In this document: one piece after another, positions 8,203 through 16,569 of the stretch | Numbering within the stretch: the stretch's first letter is position 1 | Layout: every line of letters starts with the position of its first letter | Virus record (IMG/VR): IMGVR_UViG_3300005253_000034 | Span: 1 to 54,311 of that record | DNA: 54,311 nucleotides | Origin: a virus | Taxonomy: Duplodnaviria; Caudoviricetes | Direction: 5' to 3' (one strand) | Notes under the pieces: model-generated | What the model was told of the DNA's origin: nothing | Databases searched by the model: none | Seen by the model: only the letters and a program-made list of their open reading frames with translations | Made by a program: the position numbers and the translations under genes

Positions 8203-8786
8203 ACCCCTGTCCTCTTGAGTTTAAGCATTTGATACACAGCCAAGAATATTTGTTCCGAAGCATCAGGAAGCCAAGGAATTATAGTCTCCTCTACGGGATT
8301 ACTGACATCGACTCCCCACACAAAGCCTGGGGGCATTACCGGCATCAGGTCCCGAACCTCCGTCGCCATCATCCGAATATCGGATTCCTTAACCTCCGCA
8401 GAATGGGAAAGGGCAACTCCCAACGCCAACCCAATTACGTCCTGAATCTTGGCCTCAAAAACTTTAACGGGTACAGCGGGTAAATGGGGTGCACCAAAAT
8501 TCCCCACAAAAAGAAGGTTTTTCCAGGGCTTTGCGATGTCCCCAATATAGGTTTCAGCCGCATCGTGTAGCAGCTTTACCATTGGATCACCGGGTAAATC
8601 CTCATTCATTGCCATCAATGCACAATGTTGGGCAACTGAATAAAACTTCCGAGTGTGTCCCGTGTATCTACATTGATACGCCAACGAGCGGGCAATGTCC
8701 TCGATACACACCATCTCGGGTTCAGGATTTAAGAGGTCAAAAGACTTCCCGGTAAAGGTTGCAATATGATTAATGCTCTTGTTCAT
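8199..8786 (-). CDS. HD-domain phosphohydrolase (YfbR/5'-deoxynucleotidase-like)
   Basis: RYTGH, YSVAQH, LLHDAAETYIGDI. Confidence 0.85.
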   Translation of the reverse strand: MNKSINHIATFTGKSFDLLNPEPEMVCIEDIARSLAYQCRYTGHTRKFYSVAQHCALMAMNEDLPGDPMVKLLHDAAETYIGDIAKPWKNLLFVGNFGAPHLPAVPVKVFEAKIQDVIGLALGVALSHSAEVKESDIRMMATEVRDLMPVMPPGFVWGVDVSNPVEETIIPWLPDASEQIFLAVYQMLKLKRTGV

Positions 8787-9048
8787 TTCGCCCCTTTCTT
8801 AAATAATAAATTGTCATGGACGCCCAAATGGTGTGGGCCAACGTAGTAAACGCCCCGCCACCAAAACTCCACCATTGATGAAGGTGGGGGTAATAATGTA
8901 AATTCCAATAACTCCAAGCGGTGAAGAAAATTACCGCCAAGATACTTACTCCTTGTACCTTTTTATCCCGAAACATCTTAATACAATGTAGCAAGATAAA
9001 AAATCCACTACAAAACTCAAATAAACCATTCATATTATCTTGCCACAT
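8770..9048 (-). CDS. PQ-loop/SemiSWEET-like 3-TM membrane protein
   Basis: Three hydrophobic helices with a K..RDK...GVS loop (no canonical PQ). Confidence 0.55.
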   Translation of the reverse strand: MWQDNMNGLFEFCSGFFILLHCIKMFRDKKVQGVSILAVIFFTAWSYWNLHYYPHLHQWWSFGGGAFTTLAHTIWASMTIYYLRKGRNEQEH

Positions 9049-9644
9049 TAGTTCTCCTTTTTGTGCTGTGCCTCTTGGTAAAGGATAATTGCCAGTAGGG
9101 AATATACAGCGTTATCCATTAAAGTATCAATCACGGACTCATCTTTAACCATAAGTTGACCACTTTTTACAAACTCCTCGAGCCGCGACCATTTATCTTG
9201 CAATCGTACCAATACTCCTAAAAACGGTTCAAGATTCAGCCGTTCACAAGCCCGAAGATTTTTGAGTGGATCGCTCCTTCCGGCATAATCGTGATTTTTA
9301 CGAGAGTGCAAATCGGCCATTTGCTTGAGAAGTTTATAAAAGTCAGGATGTCCCCATTGTTTTTTATCCTGGGGAGGCTCTACTGCGGAGGTTTTTTCCT
9401 CATATAATGCAGCCGCCGTCTTAGCTTCATCTTCGGTATCATACCCATAAACCGACCCATCACTTCCATCTGGCTGAACATACCCAGTCACAGCACATGA
9501 GTCCTCCACAATATCCACAATCCATTGGTTGCAATGGAGGCTGGAATAATGTTTTCGTACCATAGTTGTTTTATTTGTCATTTTCGTTCTCCTTCTGTCC
9601 ATGATAATGTTAAAGGTTTCACAGTATATTTTACCCAAGTCCAA
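9048..9644 (-). CDS. DUF1599/nucleotide-modification-associated domain 1 protein (probable start 9581)
   Basis: KNHDYAG...VRLQDKWSRL...ESVIDTLMDNAVY. Confidence 0.75.
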   Translation of the reverse strand: MDLGKIYCETFNIIMDRRRTKMTNKTTMVRKHYSSLHCNQWIVDIVEDSCAVTGYVQPDGSDGSVYGYDTEDEAKTAAALYEEKTSAVEPPQDKKQWGHPDFYKLLKQMADLHSRKNHDYAGRSDPLKNLRACERLNLEPFLGVLVRLQDKWSRLEEFVKSGQLMVKDESVIDTLMDNAVYSLLAIILYQEAQHKKEN

Positions 9645-9674
9645 GTAATATTGCCCAAACCCTTTTGGTCTTTG

Positions 9675-10040
9675 TCATTTCAACTCCTCTCTACCTAACA
9701 AGACCCCACCTGTTAGCTTGGGAATCTCCAAATAATAGACGCTAAAGCCAGGAGCCTCATATTTCCTGAAGATTCCAATGCCTTCAATCCTACCAGGCTT
9801 CTCCGCCTTCAGGATATGTTCGGGTAAGTACACCTTAAATCCCCCCCGCAGTAAATATTGATGAACTGACCCAAGCCATATAATACTCCTATCATCCATT
9901 ACCTGAATACGCTGGGCTATCTTAAAGGTCGTGTTGTTTTCTGGAGGACGTACAACGGTCACGAACAAAAATCCATTAAATCCTACAAACTGCTGCCTCA
10001 CGAGAATAGGCTGTTCCGTAAGAAATAACCTTTTCGCCAA
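9675..10040 (-). CDS. hypothetical protein (start uncertain)
   Basis: ORF; frame stays open upstream to about 10124. Confidence 0.6.
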   Translation of the reverse strand: MAKRLFLTEQPILVRQQFVGFNGFLFVTVVRPPENNTTFKIAQRIQVMDDRSIIWLGSVHQYLLRGGFKVYLPEHILKAEKPGRIEGIGIFRKYEAPGFSVYYLEIPKLTGGVLLGREELK

Positions 10041-10111
10041 TATGTAATGGCCTCTTGGTTCCCCCTGACTAAAATGAGGACAAATCGAAATAGGAATCTT
10101 AACAGCTTCGA

Positions 10112-10273
10112 TTAATAATCCTCCTCATTCTCGGCTGCGGCTTCTTCCATATCAGCAATCTCACTATCTGTAAACTCATTACTGTGACCACAATCGCAGG
10201 ACACATCATCGCCCATAAAAGGCTGCCAACTCCTGCAACCTTCACAAAAATAATACTGTCCATCTATTTTCAT
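10112..10273 (-). CDS. 53-aa acidic Zn-ribbon-like protein (not in the ORF track)
   Basis: MKIDGQYYFCEGCRSWQPFMGDDVSCDCGH...; GAAAGGA RBS. Confidence 0.6.
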   Translation of the reverse strand: MKIDGQYYFCEGCRSWQPFMGDDVSCDCGHSNEFTDSEIADMEEAAAENEEDY

Positions 10274-10299
10274 ATTAGTATCCTTTCTGATTCCGTAAA

Positions 10300-10414
10300 T
10301 GCTGGTAGGTTGAGTTGCCTACATTATTAGCATCAGATACTTGATGGTATCCTAATAATGGACGGTCTCGACCCGCCATTCACCAGTATCGGCATACTCA
10401 AACTACCATTAGCA
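10300..10414 (-). ncRNA. structured intergenic RNA candidate
   Basis: 13-bp closing stem with 1 mismatch, 9-bp CATTATTAG/CTAATAATG stem, and a T-loop-like hairpin. Confidence 0.5.
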
Positions 10415-10440
10415 CTATTCACTTGTCAGTCCACGACAAA

Positions 10441-10497
10441 AGGATAGGCAGGAATCGAACCTGCCGCAAGCCTTGACCTTGCGTCACCTACTATCCT
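10441..10497 (-). ncRNA. D-arm-less tRNA-like RNA (CAA in the anticodon-like loop)
   Basis: 7-bp acceptor stem, U8A9, 6-bp stem with 7-nt loop, canonical T-arm GCAGG-TTCGATT-CCTGC; no encoded CCA. Confidence 0.65.
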
Positions 10498-10531
10498 TAA
10501 CCAAATCCTAAACCAAATCCTAATAACGTCC

Positions 10532-11074
10532 TCAAGCTATGGGGACTGCGGGGACCGTCTCAGGAGCCGCACCGACAACAAGAGTTTCAACCGAAGCCGG
10601 TGTATCTGCATTTGATACATCTTCTGCGGAGGTTTCTGTAGTCGTGTTGATGACTTCTTGGATGTAGCAGTTGGTGAACTCTTTCTTGTACTTGTCGCTG
10701 AAAGCTGTGGAGATCCTAATCCGGATAACTGAACCAATCGATGCCTCAAGAACCTCATAGGCTTCCTTGAGGTCATCCAAAAGAGAATTCCCGGAAAGAA
10801 TCCTTGCATCGCCTTTCATAATCCCATAAGCCGATGACCTGTAAAAATTGACAAGGAATTCCTTACCGTTCAGCTTTTCGTTCTGAACATCCTCGATTCG
10901 GCCCGTAAGTTTATACCACGCAGTCTTAACGTTGTCTTTCTCTTTCTGTCCTGAATCAAATTTGACGAGGGATGCAATATAATCCCCATCCGGCGGCATC
11001 CAATTACTGTAAACCTCCGAGTCCTTAAATGCCTGATTATGCTCGGCCAACAACTGTTCAAAATTTAAGTCCAT
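10532..11074 (-). CDS. putative ssDNA-binding protein (DUF669-like)
   Basis: PPDGDY N-terminal motif, acidic low-complexity tail, follows a Sak4-like ATPase. Confidence 0.55.
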   Translation of the reverse strand: MDLNFEQLLAEHNQAFKDSEVYSNWMPPDGDYIASLVKFDSGQKEKDNVKTAWYKLTGRIEDVQNEKLNGKEFLVNFYRSSAYGIMKGDARILSGNSLLDDLKEAYEVLEASIGSVIRIRISTAFSDKYKKEFTNCYIQEVINTTTETSAEDVSNADTPASVETLVVGAAPETVPAVPIA

Positions 11075-11092
11075 AACTGTTCTCCTAAAAAA

Positions 11093-12076
11093 TTAGTTTC
11101 GTTGCTTTTTTGCCGCCACGATGGCGGTATTATAGTTCTTCTTGAACACATCCCACGCCTTGATGTGGGGAATTTCAAACTTACGAATCATCCCGGGTGC
11201 AGCCCGACCCTTACCTTCTCGCTCGGCGGTGGTATAGGAATCAAGGTAATATTTTGAGATCATCTCTGTACCACAAGGAACCGTAATCTTCTGTCCCCCA
11301 GGCAGTATTCTTTGCTCTTTTTTCTCGATTTCCTTGTTGATGCAGTAAATCGTGAGCTTAAAATCACTACTGCGAACAATCTTGGCGGCAAATGAGGGGA
11401 ACGCTGCGTCACGAATAACGGTTCTCTCCTTATGTGTTACCGGATTTGTCTCGGTCTTGGTAATCATATGCCCCACACAAGACCATACAAAACCAGCCTC
11501 CTCTAATTCCCGCAGTCTTGAAAAACACCGCTCCCGAATCATCGACCATCCATGTCCTTGTGCTCCAAAATCCGTAATATCCGGGACGCCCTTTTCGACT
11601 TGAAGTCTATTAGTAATCATACCAAGCCACTCATCCGTAGTGTCAATGGATACCCGATGGACAATATGCTTCCCTTTCTTACCCTCATCAATGAGCTTCT
11701 GCGTAACCTCCATATACCGCTCATAGCTCCCGATAGGAACCCGCATCGCCCTTGGTCCAATAATACTCTCTGCCGATTTATCGAAATCCAGAATCAGGTT
11801 GTCGGGAATACTGGAATCAAATGTGGTTTTACCCTCACCACTCGGCCCGACAATATATAGGTTCAAGTCCTCCGCAGGTTTAGGATCATAACCAGCCACG
11901 ACTCCGAGCTTGGCCCAGTCAGCGGGGATAACCGGCACAGTATTAGGAGTCGCAGCCAGCACAACATTCCCTTGGGGAACTTGTGCTTTGAATGCGGCCC
12001 CTTGAATTGGAGAAGTCTGGCCTTGTGGTTGAACTGCCTCTCGAATGGATTTTCTTTGTGCATCACTAACTGTCAT
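11093..12076 (-). CDS. AAA_24/Sak4-like ATPase (recombination)
   Basis: GPSGEGKTT, ILDFD, SIDT, GH motifs. Confidence 0.75.
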   Translation of the reverse strand: MTVSDAQRKSIREAVQPQGQTSPIQGAAFKAQVPQGNVVLAATPNTVPVIPADWAKLGVVAGYDPKPAEDLNLYIVGPSGEGKTTFDSSIPDNLILDFDKSAESIIGPRAMRVPIGSYERYMEVTQKLIDEGKKGKHIVHRVSIDTTDEWLGMITNRLQVEKGVPDITDFGAQGHGWSMIRERCFSRLRELEEAGFVWSCVGHMITKTETNPVTHKERTVIRDAAFPSFAAKIVRSSDFKLTIYCINKEIEKKEQRILPGGQKITVPCGTEMISKYYLDSYTTAEREGKGRAAPGMIRKFEIPHIKAWDVFKKNYNTAIVAAKKQRN

Positions 12077-12090
12077 TTTCTTCCTTTCTC

Positions 12091-12513
12091 TTATGCCGGA
12101 ACTGATTTTTCAAGCTCAACTTCTTTCTTGGATTTATCCCCGGGACGTTTGATAAGCATAGCACCTAATGTCCCACCAAATAGCGTGGGGAGTAGTAAAC
12201 CTATTGGTCCTTCCGGGGAAAACACCGTCGCCTTAATCTCTTCCCCCGCCAATATAGCAATGTTCGTTATGCCTTTATAGTACCCCCCTTTAATTTTTTC
12301 AATCGTGAGCTTATAATCTATAGCTCGGCCAACCCGCTTGGCATCAAACAGTGTAGTATAAGGCATAAGCAGTCTCGTCGTAGTATTTGCCCACGCCGCC
12401 GCATTTTCATCTACAAAAGTAGGCGTAAGTACATCTTGAATCGCAGAACATCCAAACATTACCGCTAAACCCATCACCATCAAAACCGTTAGTGTCTTTT
12501 GTTTCTTATTCAT
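12091..12513 (-). CDS. putative lipoprotein with C-terminal membrane segment
   Basis: MNKKQK, hydrophobic stretch, lipobox-like MFGC; GAGGA RBS. Confidence 0.6.
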   Translation of the reverse strand: MNKKQKTLTVLMVMGLAVMFGCSAIQDVLTPTFVDENAAAWANTTTRLLMPYTTLFDAKRVGRAIDYKLTIEKIKGGYYKGITNIAILAGEEIKATVFSPEGPIGLLLPTLFGGTLGAMLIKRPGDKSKKEVELEKSVPA

Positions 12514-12649
12514 TTTATCCTCATTAGTAGTCGTTGTTTCCACATACTTTTTGGTTTTCGCCCACACAGGCGACACCGTACATATCTCTTTTCACCTGGA
12601 TAGCCCTTCCACCAATGCTGCCCAAACGTAATTATCCAACAAAAGATTC

Positions 12650-12853
12650 TCATCTCGGTTTCCTAAAAACCCCGGTTCTTCGGCATCTCTCGCAGGTAAC
12701 TCCCCGTCTGTTCCCAGCAATTTCACCAAAACCCGACCACGCAGGTAGGTACTTGCCAAAACAGTTACCGGCAGGAACTCCACCGTCCCCCCCAGTAGTT
12801 CCTCCTTTACGGTCGATATTAGGCACAAAATGTTTAATTTGTTTCTTCTTCAT
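12650..12853 (-). CDS. hypothetical basic protein
   Basis: ORF overlapping the nuclease stop. Confidence 0.5.
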   Translation of the reverse strand: MKKKQIKHFVPNIDRKGGTTGGDGGVPAGNCFGKYLPAWSGFGEIAGNRRGVTCERCRRTGVFRKPR

Positions 12854-13904
12854 TTTTTTCTTCTGCTATCCGATATTTTGTATCGAACAATTCCGGCCAC
12901 CGCGACATCGGAGCCGAACATAGGTCAAGGTAGATACACGGCGAGTCATATAGGAAGCAATGAAACCTCGAGGGGTCTCGATAATAAAAAGCAGGATTGT
13001 TGCCTCGCTTACCAAGGTCGTACATTTTACACAATTCAGATGAAAATCCCATAGAAAACAAGGGTTCGTTGAACACTATGGCTCGGGATTCAATGGATTT
13101 TCTACCATCGTTTTTCTCGGAATAATCCGCATACCACTCCTTAACTCTGCGGAGGTAGGCTTCTTCAACGGAGCAATTCCAGAGCTTTGAATTTTTATCA
13201 TCCTTGCCACAGAGCTTAATCCCCGGCTTCATAATCCCATCCAGAATAAACCCTTTGACGTGCTCCAAAGCCCATTTTGCATCCTGACCCTCTTTCTTGA
13301 CCATATAATCCCCAGCCAAGATTCGATACATCCGAGCTTGGGGCGACCAAGGAAACCCAGCAAAGATGACATCCAGTGTTTTCATTCCTGTACTTTTGTG
13401 GTCTCGAATCCAAATGCCTCCGCAGTCTTTGCGGGTATCTTCAACGAGTTTATCAATGGTTCCCTCTAATACCATTCCAGCTAAAGGGCCACTCAGAATT
13501 GTCATTGAGTGGTTGACTTCGGTTCTGAGTGTCCTGAGATAGCTTGGAGTCGGGTAGCGTTCCCAGAATAGGTGGGCCATAGCCTCGGCTTTGTTGTAGA
13601 GCATCGTGAGTAGGTTTGCCAACCGGAATATTTGGCCGTCCAAGTCCTCACCTTTCTCGACCCGAGCCATCAATTCCAGTTGCATCTTACTAACCCAAGG
13701 CTTGACTAAATCCTGTTTGTCCTGCCCAAGTGCTTGAAACTTGTGATAAATCTTCCCAAGTGATGCTCCTTCTTTCACCTTAATGCCCCGTAGCTCCACG
13801 CCCCATCGTTCCTTAAAAAACCAACACCTCTCACAACCGTGAGCACAGCTAATGCTCGACTGATGGCACACAAATGGTTTCATCTGAATTTCTTCAATTT
13901 TCAT
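12834..13904 (-). CDS. PD-(D/E)XK (Cas4/RecB-like) exonuclease
   Basis: GTIDKL...IRDHKS, QARMY, N- and C-terminal Cys. Confidence 0.8.
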   Translation of the reverse strand: MKIEEIQMKPFVCHQSSISCAHGCERCWFFKERWGVELRGIKVKEGASLGKIYHKFQALGQDKQDLVKPWVSKMQLELMARVEKGEDLDGQIFRLANLLTMLYNKAEAMAHLFWERYPTPSYLRTLRTEVNHSMTILSGPLAGMVLEGTIDKLVEDTRKDCGGIWIRDHKSTGMKTLDVIFAGFPWSPQARMYRILAGDYMVKKEGQDAKWALEHVKGFILDGIMKPGIKLCGKDDKNSKLWNCSVEEAYLRRVKEWYADYSEKNDGRKSIESRAIVFNEPLFSMGFSSELCKMYDLGKRGNNPAFYYRDPSRFHCFLYDSPCIYLDLCSAPMSRWPELFDTKYRIAEEKNEEETN

Positions 13905-14227
13905 TTCTTGACCTTTCGTATTCGGTTTAGCCGAAGGAGTTCTTTGTAGAATTTAACGGGGCTGGTCTTATGGCTATAACGGGCATCATAACAACTAAAA
14001 GAAGGATTGATTAAGACCCCTGGACACTGTTTACAAGCCCCTATGTCTTTCTGAAAGTGACAAAAGAAACAATCAGACGCTATAGATACTCCTCCAAATC
14101 CATTTTCGCTTAACCATCTCATCTTGAGTTGGGAAACAGCGGGACCATTTGGATACCATACTTTTGCAACCCATCGCCACATCCGCAGGCACAACATCCA
14201 AGTTTGATTAAGTGTTCTTTTTTTCAT
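13901..14227 (-). CDS. Cys-rich hypothetical protein
   Basis: CFFC...CKQCP; ATGA overlaps at both ends. Confidence 0.6.
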   Translation of the reverse strand: MKKRTLNQTWMLCLRMWRWVAKVWYPNGPAVSQLKMRWLSENGFGGVSIASDCFFCHFQKDIGACKQCPGVLINPSFSCYDARYSHKTSPVKFYKELLRLNRIRKVKK

Positions 14228-14469
14228 TTTCTTTCTCCGTGCAGTAAATTTCTTAGGCCACCTGCGAGCATTGACCACATCGAACCACGAACTTTCGGAG
14301 TAGGAGTTTCTAACAATGCTAAAGCTCTTAGAGGTGTCGGCGTTAGAGATGCCCGGATAAATTTCCAAAGTTTTGAGTCCGCCTTCTCGTGCATCGCTAT
14401 CCGCTTCCTGATTTTATTAGGAACCCAAATCTCAAAGGGAACCGCTGGATTTTTTTTGTAATCGCCCAT
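14224..14469 (-). CDS. hypothetical protein
   Basis: GGAG RBS, downstream of a promoter. Confidence 0.6.
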   Translation of the reverse strand: MGDYKKNPAVPFEIWVPNKIRKRIAMHEKADSKLWKFIRASLTPTPLRALALLETPTPKVRGSMWSMLAGGLRNLLHGERK

Positions 14470-14511
14470 TAGTTTACTCCGCTAATTTTCATTTTCTTCA
14501 TCACAAATAGT

Positions 14512-14540
14512 ATTATAGCAAATCCCGAATCCGAAGTCAA
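14512..14540 (-). promoter_or_regulatory. promoter TTGACT-N17-TATAAT
   Basis: Consensus with extended -10. Confidence 0.8.
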
Positions 14541-14558
14541 GTCTTTTTTGGAAAAATA

Positions 14559-14900
14559 TTAAGTTTTTGTCCAAGGCTCCCGAGGGCGAAAGATAATATA
14601 CGGTTCACAACTGAAAATATGAGCTATTTCATTTAGGACTGCAAGAGGAATATTGACTTGAACACATAATTCTCTGGTTCTTTCTGCTCTCGTTGTAGGA
14701 AACAATATGCCGTTATCTACTCCAAGCAATAGGCCTAAATCGTCCCAAGTCATGTCGAAGTCTTTCATCAGCAATTCGATGGTACATTTCAACTCGACCC
14801 GCATTCGCTCGTAGGAAGCCTCTTTCAACCTCCGCAGAACATCTTCACTTGTGTTACGATTTGGATTTGTCATCTTTTGCATATCCTTGGAAGATTGCAC
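14559..14900 (-). CDS. putative HTH (Cro/Xre-like) DNA-binding protein
   Basis: MTWDDLGLLLGV...LNEIAHIF pattern. Confidence 0.5.
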   Translation of the reverse strand: MQSSKDMQKMTNPNRNTSEDVLRRLKEASYERMRVELKCTIELLMKDFDMTWDDLGLLLGVDNGILFPTTRAERTRELCVQVNIPLAVLNEIAHIFSCEPYIIFRPREPWTKT

Positions 14901-15138
14901 TTATAACAGAACTGCTGAGAGGATTACACTCAAAAGAGGTAATACACGCAGCACTTTTTGATACATCAACTATTGTTAGATTCGGATATATAAGGGTTAA
15001 AATATCCTCGACTTTTTCTTGGATTTTGTCGGATGATTCTATTATTGTTTTTAGAGGAACCCCCGCAGCACGTTTTATCTCCTCTAAGTCCAGTGATATT
15101 TCTAATGTGACTAATGGTTTTCTTCCTTTTAGTGTCAT
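14854..15138 (-). CDS. hypothetical protein, probable paralogue of 23701-23994
   Basis: Shared LEISLD and K.E.K...(I/V)L.L..P...IV. Confidence 0.6.
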   Translation of the reverse strand: MTLKGRKPLVTLEISLDLEEIKRAAGVPLKTIIESSDKIQEKVEDILTLIYPNLTIVDVSKSAACITSFECNPLSSSVISAIFQGYAKDDKSKS

Positions 15139-15353
15139 CCTTCTATGATTCCTCTCTGGCCGGGGACACCCATCGGTTCTTTACCCCAAGCACCTAAAAT
15201 AGCATTCATTTTCTGATACATTACCAGGTCGGAAATAAGTATAACGTCCATAGGTATTATATTACCTGTATCGTCTATATAGGATTTGTCGGGTACGATT
15301 ACGATTGGCAGCAGTTTCGGCATTGACTTTCTCTGTGTACGTTTTGTAGTCAC
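15135..15353 (-). CDS. hypothetical protein
   Basis: GTG start with GAAAGGA RBS. Confidence 0.6.
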   Translation of the reverse strand: MTTKRTQRKSMPKLLPIVIVPDKSYIDDTGNIIPMDVILISDLVMYQKMNAILGAWGKEPMGVPGQRGIIEG

Positions 15354-15373
15354 GGGGTTTCCTTTCTCAAAGA

Positions 15374-15490
15374 AAAACGGAAGCCCACCAAGGAGGTAGT
15401 TGCCTCCTCGATGAGCGTCCTGCGGAGGTCTATAAAAAAGGGGCTAAGTTTCTTTATAGGGTTTGCGGGTTCGCCGCTAAACTTGCCCCT
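15374..15490 (-). terminator. two tandem hairpin + U-tract elements in a 5' leader
   Basis: AGGGGCAAGTTT...AAACTTAGCCCCT+T-run (15435-15490) and GAGGAGG/CCTCCTT extended stem+T5 (15374-15420). Confidence 0.55.
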
Positions 15491-15503
15491 ATCATCAATT
15501 ATC

Positions 15504-15531
15504 ATTATAGCACATTTCATAAATTAGTCAA
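15504..15531 (-). promoter_or_regulatory. promoter TTGACT-N16-TATAAT
   Basis: Consensus with extended -10. Confidence 0.75.
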
Positions 15532-15809
15532 GTCTTTTTTACTTTAATTCTATTTTTTCTTCCTGCCATAAATCCTTCTATATATGCTTTTGCTTCCTGC
15601 ATTGTGGGGTAACTCTCAATCAATCTAACAACTGCCACCTGACAACCACTGCCAATTTTGGTTTTCATCACTTCATCCACTCCCCAAAACCCAAAATAAG
15701 GTGTGATTGATAATTCTGCTAATGCGTCAGTTATTATTCTAATTTCTTCCCCTATGGTAATGGACACACTACTCGGCAGTTCTTTTGGATATTTCATACT
15801 GGTTGCCAT
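15528..15809 (-). CDS. hypothetical protein
   Basis: AGGAG RBS, abuts the ERCC4 gene. Confidence 0.6.
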   Translation of the reverse strand: MATSMKYPKELPSSVSITIGEEIRIITDALAELSITPYFGFWGVDEVMKTKIGSGCQVAVVRLIESYPTMQEAKAYIEGFMAGRKNRIKVKKT

Positions 15810-16391
15810 TTATTTTTCTCCTAACAATACTGGGGGGACATCAAATGTTTTTTGCAGCACAAAGCCCATCATCAGGTGTAGGAGCAAGTGTCCAGCCTTT
15901 CGACGGGTATTGGCACATCGGGATTTCCAGGGCAAGAAGATGACGTGGAAACCATATTTGGCGATAGCGAGAGACAGGCGATGTGGGACTAACTCGGGGT
16001 TCTTGATGCGAGGATCATTGCTAAAGAGTTCCTGTGGAGAAGCCTCAACTAACAAAATAGGATGCTCACAAGAAGCAGCCAGCTTCCTAAATGCCTTGGC
16101 CTGTCGGATACGGTCGTGAGAATCATTGAGATTTTTCCATATCTCAAGTTGGCTTGCCTTACGCTCGGTGATACAAATGCTTGGATACTCTTTTATACGA
16201 TAATCTCCACAGTCGAGCTTAGTTCGTTCTGTCTTGACAGCGATTGGAATCATCTTGTACGTCAATTCTGGATGCCCTATCTGAATCATCGCCGGGAACA
16301 ATAATGGAAATTGCTCCCGAGTATCTTCTTGCATCGTAATCTCGGCAGGGATTTTATACCGCCAGTGAATATCAAGTTTTCTTGGTTTCAT
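15810..16391 (-). CDS. ERCC4/XPF-domain nuclease
   Basis: DTREQ...LDCGDY...ERKAS. Confidence 0.85.
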   Translation of the reverse strand: MKPRKLDIHWRYKIPAEITMQEDTREQFPLLFPAMIQIGHPELTYKMIPIAVKTERTKLDCGDYRIKEYPSICITERKASQLEIWKNLNDSHDRIRQAKAFRKLAASCEHPILLVEASPQELFSNDPRIKNPELVPHRLSLAIAKYGFHVIFLPWKSRCANTRRKAGHLLLHLMMGFVLQKTFDVPPVLLGEK

Positions 16392-16569
16392 CTTCTAATT
16401 CCGTTTCTATATAAGGAAAATGGTCATACGCTTCATTAATATCAACAGAATATGTAGATAACATCCATTTCAAAGCCGCCCTAAATCCTAAACCAAAGTC
16501 AATTTCATCTGGGGGGCGATTAGGCATTCTCTTCTTGCACTTCAGATATTCTATCTTAACCTGTTTCAT
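16372..16569 (-). CDS. hypothetical protein
   Basis: ORF overlapping its neighbours. Confidence 0.55.
   Translation of the reverse strand: MKQVKIEYLKCKKRMPNRPPDEIDFGLGFRAALKWMLSTYSVDINEAYDHFPYIETELEDETKKT

Noticed and set aside
8199-8786. DatZ / 2-aminoadenine (Z-genome) system
   Set aside because: No PurZ (adenylosuccinate synthetase-like) gene was seen; an HD domain alone is insufficient
10330-10390. Hammerhead ribozyme (CTGGTGA / CTGATGC)
   Set aside because: No correctly placed GAAA core or cleavage triplet
12834-13904. CRISPR-associated Cas4
   Set aside because: Its context is a Sak4/SSB recombination module; stand-alone PD-(D/E)XK nucleases are common in phages
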